Assembly: GCA_965214285.1 (NCBI GenBank)
Contig: OZ243946.1
Coordinates: forward strand, 2,017,207 to 2,081,206
DNA length: 64,000 bases
Reading direction: 5' to 3'
Source: Acidimicrobiales bacterium
GTDB taxonomy: Bacteria > Actinomycetota > Acidimicrobiia > Acidimicrobiales > Aldehydirespiratoraceae
The notes under the pieces were generated by a model, which had not been told where the DNA came from, did not search any database, and saw only the letters and a list, made by a program, of their open reading frames with translations. Within the stretch, counting starts at the first letter, position 1. The number at the start of each line of letters is the position of its first letter. The translations under genes and the position numbers were made by a program. This document shows positions 27,083 to 35,393 of this stretch, piece after piece.

Positions 27083-28033
27083 GTGCCCGGCAAGACAGTG
27101 ACCGCTGTCAGCGAGACAGTCCCGTCCGGCTTCGACGGCGAGCGGGTCGACCGTTTCGTGGCGGCTCTGACCGGTCGTAGCCGCTCGGCAGTCGCCGCGC
27201 TGCTCGACGGCGGCGCCATCAGCGTCGACGGCCGGGCCGTCAGCACCGCCTCGCTGCGCCTGCACAGCGGCCAGCAGGTGAGCGTGGAGGTTCCCCCAGA
27301 GCTGCGAGCCGTCCCCGAGCCCGATCCGGCTGTCGACTTCACGGTCGTGTACAGCGACGAGCACATCGTGGTGGTCGACAAGCCCCCGGGCCTGGTGGTT
27401 CACCCGGGCCCGGGCCATCCTCACGGCACCCTGGTCAACGGCCTGCTGGCCCGCTTCGCAGAGATCGCGTCGGTCGGCGACCCGCAGCGTCCCGGCATCG
27501 TTCACCGGCTCGACAAGGACACCTCGGGGCTGCTGGTCGTGGCCCGCACCAGCGCGGCCCATTCCGCTCTGGTGAAAGCCCTGGCGGCGCACCTGCCGGA
27601 GCGGGTCTACACAACCCTTGTCTGGGGGCGCCTCTACGCCGACGAAGGCACGATCGACGCCCCGATCGGGCGCTCGGTGCGCAACCGGGTCCGCATGACC
27701 GTCAGCGACAGCGGGCGGGCGGCGATCACCCGCTACCGGGTGCTGCGGCGCTTCGAGCGGCCCTGCGAGCTGACGCTGCTGGAGTGCCGCCTGGAGACCG
27801 GCAGGACGCATCAGATCCGTGTGCATCTGCGTGCCATCGGGCATCCGGTGGCGGGCGATCGCAGCTACGACGGCGCACGGCCCGGCATCGAGGTGCCACG
27901 GCCCTTCCTGCATGCCTGCAGGCTGGGCTTCGCCCACCCGATCAGCGGCGGGGCCGTCGCCTTCAGCTCGGCTCTGCCCGATGACCTGGCCGCAGTCCTC
28001 GCGCAGTGCAGCGACGCCGGATCAGGGGCCTGA
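27083..28033 (+). CDS. rluD: RluA/RluD-family 23S rRNA pseudouridine synthase
   Basis: 316 aa with an N-terminal S4 domain (RVDRFVAALTGRSRSAVAALLDGGAISVDGR), VVVDKPPGLVVHPG, the catalytic motif GIVHRLDKDTSGLLVVA, and TGRTHQIRVH. Confidence 0.92.
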   Translation: MPGKTVTAVSETVPSGFDGERVDRFVAALTGRSRSAVAALLDGGAISVDGRAVSTASLRLHSGQQVSVEVPPELRAVPEPDPAVDFTVVYSDEHIVVVDKPPGLVVHPGPGHPHGTLVNGLLARFAEIASVGDPQRPGIVHRLDKDTSGLLVVARTSAAHSALVKALAAHLPERVYTTLVWGRLYADEGTIDAPIGRSVRNRVRMTVSDSGRAAITRYRVLRRFERPCELTLLECRLETGRTHQIRVHLRAIGHPVAGDRSYDGARPGIEVPRPFLHACRLGFAHPISGGAVAFSSALPDDLAAVLAQCSDAGSGA

Positions 28034-28507
28034 GGCGACCGCCGGCGCGTCCGACTGGTCTTGCGCCTGGGCATCGGCGGGCCAGGGCGCCTCGCCGCGG
28101 GCCATGCAGGCGATGTCGGCGAGGCTGAAGGACTCCAGGAAGCTCTGCATGTGACACCCGGCAGCGCCCCAGATGGCCAGCAGCACGCATTGCCCCTCGT
28201 GGTCGCAGGCCCCGTCGGTGTGAGGATCGCCGAAGTCGCCGGCGGTGATCGGCCCGTCGACCGCACGCACGATCTCGCTCAGCCTGATCGCCTCAGGGGG
28301 ACGGGCCAGCACGTAGCCGCCGCCCACGCCGCGCTTTGAGCGCACGATGCCGGCGCCCTTCAGTGCCAGCAGGATCTGCTCCAGATACGGCTGGGGCAGG
28401 GCGGTGCGCTCGGCTATCTCACGCACCGAGGTGGGGGTCTGCGCAGTGTGCAGCGCCAGCGAGAGCAGCGCTCTGGCCGCATAGTCCCCCCGAGTCGAGA
28501 CGCGCAT
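28022..28507 (-). CDS. Rrf2-family transcriptional regulator (probable Fe-S cluster-binding type)
   Basis: 161 aa, MRVSTRGDYAARALLSLA...SVREIAERTALPQPYLEQILLALKGAGIVRSKRGVGGGYVLARP, which is a winged HTH. A Cys triad follows: GACDHEGQCVLLAIWGAAGCH. The 3' end overlaps the rluD 3' end by 12 nt (convergent). Confidence 0.9.
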   Translation of the reverse strand: MRVSTRGDYAARALLSLALHTAQTPTSVREIAERTALPQPYLEQILLALKGAGIVRSKRGVGGGYVLARPPEAIRLSEIVRAVDGPITAGDFGDPHTDGACDHEGQCVLLAIWGAAGCHMQSFLESFSLADIACMARGEAPWPADAQAQDQSDAPAVASGP

Positions 28508-28642
28508 GACAGGACTCTAGGCCGTCAGGCCGGCCGTGATCCCGCCCGGGTCTGCCACGACCGGCGCCGCGATCCCGGCGGGTGGCGCGGCTGGTCCGCG
28601 CGATCCGATGAGAGTGTCGCCGGCCGTCGCTAGGGTGAAGCG

Positions 28643-29752
28643 ATGGCGTCGCCCGAACCGATCCTCCCCGCATGGGACCGGGGCTGCATCACCGATGTGG
28701 TGCCTGCCCTGCTCGGCGACGGCCCGCGCCCCGAGGCGCTGCCCGAAGCGGCCCAGCAGGCAGGCGCAGTGGTGCTGCTGCTGCTCGACGGTCTCGGCTG
28801 GGAACAGCTCAAGGCGCGTCCCAAGGTGGCGCCCACCCTCAACGAGCTGCACGGGTCTGTGATCACCACCGTCGTGCCGTCCACTACCGCAGTGGCGCTC
28901 ACCTCGCTGGTCACGGGCGCCGCGCCGGGCCGCCACGGCATGGTCGGCTACCGCATGGCCGTGGGCGACGAGGTTCTCAACGCGCTCTCCTGGCGCACTT
29001 CGCGCGGCGACGCCCGCAACGAGATCGTCCCCGAGGACTTCACCGAAGTCGTGCCCTTCGCCGACACCTGTCCGGTGGTGGTGCAAAACGCCCCGTTCCT
29101 GGGCAGCGGGTTCAGCCGTGCCTATCTGCGCAACACCCGCGCTGCGCCCTGGCCGACCCCGGCCTGCCTGGTGGTGGAGGTGCGCGCCGCACTGAGCGCG
29201 GCCGAGCCGTTCGTCTACGCCTACTACGACGGGCTCGACAAGGTCGCCCACGTGCACGGGTTCGATGCCCGCTACGACGCCGAGCTGGCGGCCTGCGACC
29301 GGCTGGTGGCCGAGCTGATGAGCGACCTGCCGCGGGGCGCGGTGCTGGTGGTCACCGGCGATCACGGCCTCGTCGACTGCAGCGAAGGGCGCTGCGAGAT
29401 CGACAAGGCGCTCAAGCCGCTGGTCGCCGGCGAGTCCGGCGAGGCCAGGTTCCGCTGGCTGCACGCCCGCCCCGGGCGGGCCAGAGAGCTCGGCGAGGCG
29501 GCAGCCGAGGCCCACGGCGAGCAGGCCTGGGTGGCGACGATCGAGCAAATCCTCGACGAGGGCTGGTTCGGGCACAGCGTCAGCTACAAGGCCAGGCAGC
29601 GGCTCGGCGACGTGGCCCTGGCCGCCAAGGCCGACTGGTGGTTCGACGAGCGCTCCGAGGAGGACCGCAAGAAGCGCAAGCAGCTCGTCGGCCGGCACGG
29701 CTCGCTGACCTCGGCGGAGATGCTCGTGCCATTGCTCACATTCGCCGCCTGA
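28643..29752 (+). CDS. Alkaline-phosphatase-superfamily protein (type I phosphodiesterase/nucleotide pyrophosphatase-like)
   Basis: 369 aa with LLLLDGLGWEQL, VPSTTAVALTSLVTG (metal-site Thr), YYDGLDKVAHVHG, VTGDHG and GRHGSLTSAEMLVPLL, the typical AP-superfamily metal-ligand pattern. Confidence 0.75.
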   Translation: MASPEPILPAWDRGCITDVVPALLGDGPRPEALPEAAQQAGAVVLLLLDGLGWEQLKARPKVAPTLNELHGSVITTVVPSTTAVALTSLVTGAAPGRHGMVGYRMAVGDEVLNALSWRTSRGDARNEIVPEDFTEVVPFADTCPVVVQNAPFLGSGFSRAYLRNTRAAPWPTPACLVVEVRAALSAAEPFVYAYYDGLDKVAHVHGFDARYDAELAACDRLVAELMSDLPRGAVLVVTGDHGLVDCSEGRCEIDKALKPLVAGESGEARFRWLHARPGRARELGEAAAEAHGEQAWVATIEQILDEGWFGHSVSYKARQRLGDVALAAKADWWFDERSEEDRKKRKQLVGRHGSLTSAEMLVPLLTFAA

Positions 29753-29759
29753 ATCGGGC

Positions 29760-30320
29760 ATGATCTCCACACAGCACGCGCCAGATCAGGAGATCGCCTT
29801 GACAGACCCGCATGCCCAGAGGGCCGAGGCGATCCCCGGCGAGGACGTGGAGATCGTCGGCGCAGCCGGCGCCGCCGAGGACGACGCCGACCAAGAGCGC
29901 AACGAGTCGATCGACCACCCCGCCAAGGTGATGCGCATCGGCACCATGATGAGACAGCTCCTCGAGGAGCTGCGCTCGTCCGAGCTCGACGAGCCCAGCC
30001 GCGACCGCCTGCGCGACATCTACGACACCTCCGTCAGCGAGCTGGGCTCGGCGCTGTCGCCGGACCTGAAGGACGAGCTCGGGCGCCTGGCTCTGCCGTT
30101 CAGCGACGACCCGCCCTCAGCCGCCGAGCTGCAGATCGCCAAGGCCCAGCTCGTCGGCTGGCTCGAGGGCCTCGTCCAGGGCATCCAGGCCATGCTGTTC
30201 GCCCAGCAGATGGCCGCCCAGGAGCAGCTGCGCTCGATGCGGGGCCAGATCGGGCCGGGCAGGCCTCCCGACGGCGAGCCGGCGCACGACGGCAGAGACC
30301 GACCGGGCACCTACCTGTGA
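29760..30320 (+). CDS. bpa: Bacterial proteasome activator Bpa/PafE family (DUF2587)
   Basis: 186 aa with HPAKVMRIGTMMRQLLEELRS..LDEPSRDRLRDIYDTSVSEL...LPFSDDPPSAAELQIAKAQLVGWLEGLVQGIQAMLFAQQM. The C-terminus is GTYL, which corresponds to the GQYL proteasome-docking motif I recall for the mycobacterial protein. Confidence 0.85.
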   Translation: MISTQHAPDQEIALTDPHAQRAEAIPGEDVEIVGAAGAAEDDADQERNESIDHPAKVMRIGTMMRQLLEELRSSELDEPSRDRLRDIYDTSVSELGSALSPDLKDELGRLALPFSDDPPSAAELQIAKAQLVGWLEGLVQGIQAMLFAQQMAAQEQLRSMRGQIGPGRPPDGEPAHDGRDRPGTYL

Positions 30321-33300
30321 GCGACCCCTTCGTCCACCTCCACGTCCACACCGAGTACTCGATGCTCGACGGCGCGTCGCGGGTGCCCGAGGCCGTCGCC
30401 TCCGCGGTCGCCGACCGCCAGCCCGCCATGGCGATCACCGACCACGGCAACATGTACGGCGTACTCGACTTCTACCGGAGCTGCCGCGACTCCGGCGTCA
30501 AGCCGATAATCGGCACCGAGATCTACCTGGCCCACGAGTCACGCCACGAGCGCCCCAACCGTCGGGGCCGCATCGACGACTCCGGCGGCGACACCGGCGG
30601 CGGCCAGAAGCTCTACTACCACGCCATCCTGCTGGCCGAGAACCAGGTCGGCTACCGCAACCTGATCCAGCTCTCCAGCCAGGCGTTCCTCAGCGGCTAC
30701 CACTACAAGCCCCGTGCGGACTTCGAGCTGCTCGAGCGCTACTCCGAGGGCATCATCGCCACCACGGGCTGCCTCGGCGGCCATGTGACCCAGGCGCTCA
30801 TGCAAGGCGACGACGCCGCCGCGCTCGAGCACGCGGCCCGCTTCCAGGACATCTTCGGGCGCGACAACTTCTTCATCGAGCTGCAGGACCACGGCATCGA
30901 CGAGCAGCGCATGACCAACCCGAAGCTGCTGGAGATCGCGGCGGCGATCAAGGCGCCGCTGCTGGCCACCAACGACTCGCACTACACCCACCGCGGCGAC
31001 CAGGAGGCCCACGACGCCCTGCTGTGCGTGCAGACCGGCGCCCTGCTCGACGACGAGAACCGCTTCCGCTTCCACGGCAAGGAGCACTACATCAAGTCCG
31101 CGGCCGAGATGCGCCAGCTCTTCGCCGAGCTCCCCGAGGCCTGCGACAACACCCTGTGGGTCGCCGAGCGCTGCGACGTGGAGATCGAGTTCGGCAAGCC
31201 ACGGCTGCCGGCGTTCCCGCTGCCCGAGGGCTTCGCCTCCGACATCGACTACCTGCGCCATCTCGCCATGGAGGGGGCACGGCAGAGATGGGGGGCGGAG
31301 CTGTCCGCCGAGGTGGTCCAGCGCATCGAGTTCGAGCTCGACGTGATCGAGAGCATGGGCTTCTCGGCCTACTTCCTGATCACCTGGGACCTGGTGCGCT
31401 ACGCCCGCGAGAACGGCGTGCGGGTCGGCCCCGGCCGGGGCTCCGCGGCGGGCTGCGCCGTGGCCTACTCGCTGCGCATAACCGACCTGGACCCGATCCG
31501 CTACGACCTGTTGTTCGAGCGCTTCCTGAACCCGTCGAGGATCTCGATGCCAGACATCGACATCGACTTCGACACCCGCCACCGCGACGACCTGATCCGC
31601 TACCTGGCCGAGTGCTACGGGCGCGACAACGTGGCCCAGATCGTCACCTTCTCGCAGATCAAGGCCCGTGCCGCGGTGCGCGACGCAGCCCGCGTGCTGG
31701 GCTGCGCCTACTCGGTCGGCGACAGGCTCGCCAAGGCGATGCCGCCGCTGGTGATGGGCCGCGACACCCCCCTCAAGTACTGCCTGGAGAAGCACCCCAA
31801 GCACGAGGACGGCTACCGGGCGGCTTCCCAGCTGCGCGAGATGGCCGCAGCCGACGACGAGGTCGCCAAGGTCCTGGACGTGGCTCTGGGACTGGAGGGC
31901 CTGCGCCGCCAGGACGGGATCCACGCCGCGGCGGTGGTGATCACCGACGAGCCGCTCACCGAGTACCTGCCGATCCAGCGCAAGCCCGAGTCCGGCAAGC
32001 CCCTGGAGGAAGCGCCGATCGTCACCCAGTACGAGATGCACGGGGTGGAGGATCTCGGGCTGCTGAAGATGGACCTGTTGGGGCTGCGCAACCTCGACGT
32101 GATCTCGAACTGCCTGGAGCTGATCGCCGAGACCCGGGGCGAGACGGTCGACATCGACGACGTGCCTCTCGACGACGAGACCACCTTCGAGCTGCTCAGG
32201 CGCGGCGACACCATCGGGGTGTTCCAGCTCGAGTCGCCGCCGATGCGCGCCCTGATCCGCTCGCTGGCGCCCAGCTCCTTCGACGACGTGGCAGCGCTGG
32301 TCGCCCTCTACCGGCCGGGGCCGATGGGCGCCAACATGCACCACGACTACGCCGACCGCAAGAACGGCCGGGCGCCGGTGAAGTACTTCCACGACGATGC
32401 CGAGGATCTGCTCGGCGACACCTACGGCCTGATGATCTATCAGGAGTCGGTGATGCGGGTGGCCCAGCGCTTCGCCGGCTACTCGCTCGCCCAGGCCGAC
32501 AACCTCCGCAAGGCCTGCGGCAAGAAGGACCGCGAGATCATGGCGGCCGAGCGCGAGGGCTTCGTGGCCGGCTGCAAGGCCACCGGCTACGGAGAGAAAC
32601 TCGGCACAGACCTGTTCAACGTGATCGAGCAGTTCGCCGACTACGCGTTCAACAAGTCCCACTCCTACGGCTACGGCCTGATCGCCTACCAGATCGCCTA
32701 CCTCAAGGCGCACTATCCCGTCGAGTACCTCTCGGCGCTGCTCACCAGCGTCAAGGCCAAGCTCGACTCCGCCGCGGTCTACCTCAACGAGTGCCGCGCA
32801 ATGGGGATCGAGGTGACGGTGCCTGACGTCAACCGCTCGACCTCGGACTTCACCCCGCTGCCCGATCTTTCCGCGAACCCGGAAGGGCCGGGGCGGATCG
32901 TCTTCGGGCTGTCCGCGGTGCGCCACGTGGGCGAGGGCGTCGTCGCCAAGATCATCGAGGCCCGCACCGCAGACGGCCCCTTCGTGTCGTTCGCGGACTT
33001 CGCCGAGCGGGTCGACGCCGAGGTGCTCAACAAGCGGGTCGTCGAGTCGCTCATCAAGGCGGGCGCCTTCGATTCGCTGGGCCATCCCCGCCGGGGCCTG
33101 ATGGAGGTGAGCGAGGCGATCACCTCGGTGACCCTGAGCCGGCGCCGCGAGCACGACTTGGGGGTGATGTCGCTGTTCGGCGAGGTCGGCGAGGCCCCCG
33201 CCTTCGACGAGCGGCCCGAGGTCCCCGGCATCGAGTACGACAAGGCGGAGATGCTGGCCCACGAGCGGGAGATGCTGGGCCTCTACATCTCCGATCACCC

Positions 33301-33853
33301 GCTGCGCGGCTTCGAGACCCGCCTGGAGCGCAACGTCGACTCGACCATCGCCGAGCTGGCCGACCTAGCCGATCGCAGCCCCGCGAAGGTGGGCGGGGTG
33401 ATCACCTCGGTGACCCGCAAGTTCACCCGCAGGGGCGACCTGATGGCGGTGCTCGAGCTGGAGGACTTCAGCGGGACCGTCGAGGTGATGGTCTTCCCGC
33501 GCACCATGGCCGTCGAGGGCCACAAGCTCGCCGACGACGCCGTGGCGGTGATCACCGGGCGCGTCGATCTCGGCGACGACCTCCCCAAGCTGTTCGCCGA
33601 GGAGATCGAGATCCTCACCGAGGTCAACCCCGACAGGCCGATCCGGGTGCGGCTGCCCGCGCGCGGCCGGCCCGAGAGCTGGCTGGGCGAGCTGAGCGAC
33701 ACCCTGGCCGAGCACCCCGGCGACACGCCGGTGGTGCTGCTGCTCGGCGACGGCAGCTCCGTGTCGCTGCCCGCCGACTGCGCCGTGGACACCGGCAACG
33801 GCCTGATCAGCGAGCTCCGGGTGATGTTCGGGCCTGAGGCTGTGCTCGTCTGA
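30317..33853 (+). CDS. dnaE: DNA polymerase III alpha subunit DnaE
   Basis: 1178 aa with the N-terminal PHP domain (FVHLHVHTEYSMLDGA), GPGRGSAAGCAVAYSLRITDLDP, the catalytic motif MPDIDIDF, FNKSHSYGY, and a C-terminal OB fold. The GTGA overlaps the bpa stop codon. Confidence 0.98.
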   Translation: MSDPFVHLHVHTEYSMLDGASRVPEAVASAVADRQPAMAITDHGNMYGVLDFYRSCRDSGVKPIIGTEIYLAHESRHERPNRRGRIDDSGGDTGGGQKLYYHAILLAENQVGYRNLIQLSSQAFLSGYHYKPRADFELLERYSEGIIATTGCLGGHVTQALMQGDDAAALEHAARFQDIFGRDNFFIELQDHGIDEQRMTNPKLLEIAAAIKAPLLATNDSHYTHRGDQEAHDALLCVQTGALLDDENRFRFHGKEHYIKSAAEMRQLFAELPEACDNTLWVAERCDVEIEFGKPRLPAFPLPEGFASDIDYLRHLAMEGARQRWGAELSAEVVQRIEFELDVIESMGFSAYFLITWDLVRYARENGVRVGPGRGSAAGCAVAYSLRITDLDPIRYDLLFERFLNPSRISMPDIDIDFDTRHRDDLIRYLAECYGRDNVAQIVTFSQIKARAAVRDAARVLGCAYSVGDRLAKAMPPLVMGRDTPLKYCLEKHPKHEDGYRAASQLREMAAADDEVAKVLDVALGLEGLRRQDGIHAAAVVITDEPLTEYLPIQRKPESGKPLEEAPIVTQYEMHGVEDLGLLKMDLLGLRNLDVISNCLELIAETRGETVDIDDVPLDDETTFELLRRGDTIGVFQLESPPMRALIRSLAPSSFDDVAALVALYRPGPMGANMHHDYADRKNGRAPVKYFHDDAEDLLGDTYGLMIYQESVMRVAQRFAGYSLAQADNLRKACGKKDREIMAAEREGFVAGCKATGYGEKLGTDLFNVIEQFADYAFNKSHSYGYGLIAYQIAYLKAHYPVEYLSALLTSVKAKLDSAAVYLNECRAMGIEVTVPDVNRSTSDFTPLPDLSANPEGPGRIVFGLSAVRHVGEGVVAKIIEARTADGPFVSFADFAERVDAEVLNKRVVESLIKAGAFDSLGHPRRGLMEVSEAITSVTLSRRREHDLGVMSLFGEVGEAPAFDERPEVPGIEYDKAEMLAHEREMLGLYISDHPLRGFETRLERNVDSTIAELADLADRSPAKVGGVITSVTRKFTRRGDLMAVLELEDFSGTVEVMVFPRTMAVEGHKLADDAVAVITGRVDLGDDLPKLFAEEIEILTEVNPDRPIRVRLPARGRPESWLGELSDTLAEHPGDTPVVLLLGDGSSVSLPADCAVDTGNGLISELRVMFGPEAVLV

Positions 33854-34063
33854 GCCCGACTGACCTCGCCTCACCGGCGAACGCCTGCAGCTGACCCGTT
33901 CGGTGCGCTGTCTGCCGCCTGTCGCCGCTCGCCGGGCCGCTCAGAGCCGGGCTCGGGAGCCGCAGCCGGTGCCTGGAGGCCCGCGGAGTTGCGAAAACCG
34001 CTCGCATCGCTGAGACTAGTAGGGCTGCGAAACGACAGAGGCGCCCGGAGGTGAAGCACAGGC

Positions 34064-34732
34064 ATGGCTATCGAAGTGGAGACCAAGGACTGCACGGCGC
34101 TGAGCGATGCAGAGCTGGCCGACATGGCCGACTTGTGCGCCGGGTCACCCAATGCCTTCGAGGTGGGGATGCTCTCCAAGCAGGCAGAGGCCTGGGTGCT
34201 GTGCAGCGTCGCCTCCGAGAAAGGGCGCATACGCGGCTTTTCGTTCTGCACCCTGGAGCGCATCGGCGGCACGCCCAGCGTGATCATCGGCGCAGGCCAC
34301 GTGTGTCGCACCACCCGCCGCTCCACGGTGCTGCGGGCCATCGTCAAGGACCAGATGCGCCGCTCGGTGCTCGCCTTCCCCGACGAGGACGTGCTGATCG
34401 GCGCCCAGATGAACGACCCGGCTGCCTTCGAGGCCTTCGAGCCGCTTCACGACGTGGTGCCCCGGCCCGATCACAAGGCCAGCGGCGAGGAGCGGGCCTG
34501 GGGGCGCCGCCTCGCCAAGCGCTACGGCATCGGCGCCTCGCGCTACAAGGACCGCGACTTCGTGATCCGAGGCGACGGCAGCCGCCCGCCGGTGCTCGAC
34601 CACCAGGCGCTCAAGCCCGACAAGGTGCCTGCCGGCGTCGCCGAGCAGTTCAGCGCAGTCGACCTCGACAACGGCGACGCCCTGATCGGCTTCGGCTGGG
34701 CGATGTCCGAGGATCTCGAGAAGCTCCTCTAG
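34064..34732 (+). CDS. Hypothetical protein
   Basis: 222-aa ORF with the RBS GGAGGTG 12 nt upstream and good GC3 bias. I recognise no motif and will not assign a function. Confidence 0.55.
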   Translation: MAIEVETKDCTALSDAELADMADLCAGSPNAFEVGMLSKQAEAWVLCSVASEKGRIRGFSFCTLERIGGTPSVIIGAGHVCRTTRRSTVLRAIVKDQMRRSVLAFPDEDVLIGAQMNDPAAFEAFEPLHDVVPRPDHKASGEERAWGRRLAKRYGIGASRYKDRDFVIRGDGSRPPVLDHQALKPDKVPAGVAEQFSAVDLDNGDALIGFGWAMSEDLEKLL

Positions 34733-34790
34733 GGCGCATCCGGCACTCGTCGTCTGCCGGCCAGGTCTGCATGTCTGCTGAGGCGCGGGC

Positions 34791-35393
34791 GTGAGCCCCG
34801 AGGACTTCGACCGGCTGGTGCGGCGGCGCGCCATGACCAGGGCCTTCAGCGCCGAGCCGCTGGCCCCAGAGACCCTGGATCGCATCCTGGACCTGGCCCG
34901 CCGCGGCCCCTCCGCCGGCAACACCATGGCCCTGGAGTTCCTGGTGCTCAGCGGCGCAGAGCAGACGCAGCGCTACTGGGCCACGACCCTGAGCGACCCC
35001 GACGAGCTGCCGTGGCCGGAGCTGCCCGCGGCGCCGGTGCTGGTGACGCTCTGGGTGCGCCCGCAGGCTTACCCGGAGCGCTACGCCGAGCCCGACAAGG
35101 CCCGCACCGGCCTGGGGGAGGGCCTCGGCGCCTGGCCAGTGCCGTACTGGTGGGTGGACGGCGGGGCCGCGGTGATGACCATGCTGCTCGCTGCCGAGTC
35201 CGAGGGCCTCGGCGCCCTGTTCTTCTCCATGTTCGACCACGAGCCGGCGGTCAGGGAGGCCTTCGGGGTGCCCGACGACCGCCGCTGCGTCGGCGTGGTG
35301 GCGCTCGGCCGGCGGGTCCCGCACCGGCGGTCGCGCAGCGCCGGGCGCCCCAGGCCCGACCTAGCGGAGATCGTGCACTACGGCGCCTGGTGA
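34791..35393 (+). CDS. Nitroreductase-family protein
   Basis: 200 aa with RRAMTRAFSAEPL...LDLARRGPSAGNTMALEFLVL...GGAAVMTMLLAAESEGLGALF, the pattern of the FMN-dependent nitroreductase fold. The start is a GTG. Confidence 0.8.
   Translation: MSPEDFDRLVRRRAMTRAFSAEPLAPETLDRILDLARRGPSAGNTMALEFLVLSGAEQTQRYWATTLSDPDELPWPELPAAPVLVTLWVRPQAYPERYAEPDKARTGLGEGLGAWPVPYWWVDGGAAVMTMLLAAESEGLGALFFSMFDHEPAVREAFGVPDDRRCVGVVALGRRVPHRRSRSAGRPRPDLAEIVHYGAW

Noticed and set aside
30539-33298. A 919-aa minus-strand ORF. Similar long antisense or out-of-frame ORFs occur at 11619-13658, 45875-48118, 47422-49896, 39504-41609, 21846-23543, 429-2018, 2150-3976 and 62769-63977
   Set aside because: Each lies opposite or out of frame to a gene with unambiguous family motifs (dnaE, mraY/murD, purF/purD, purL, transglutaminase/MoxR, sulfatase). 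Their translations are Arg/Gly/Ala/Pro/His-rich low-complexity sequence. I treat them as stop-codon-poor artefacts of about 70% GC.
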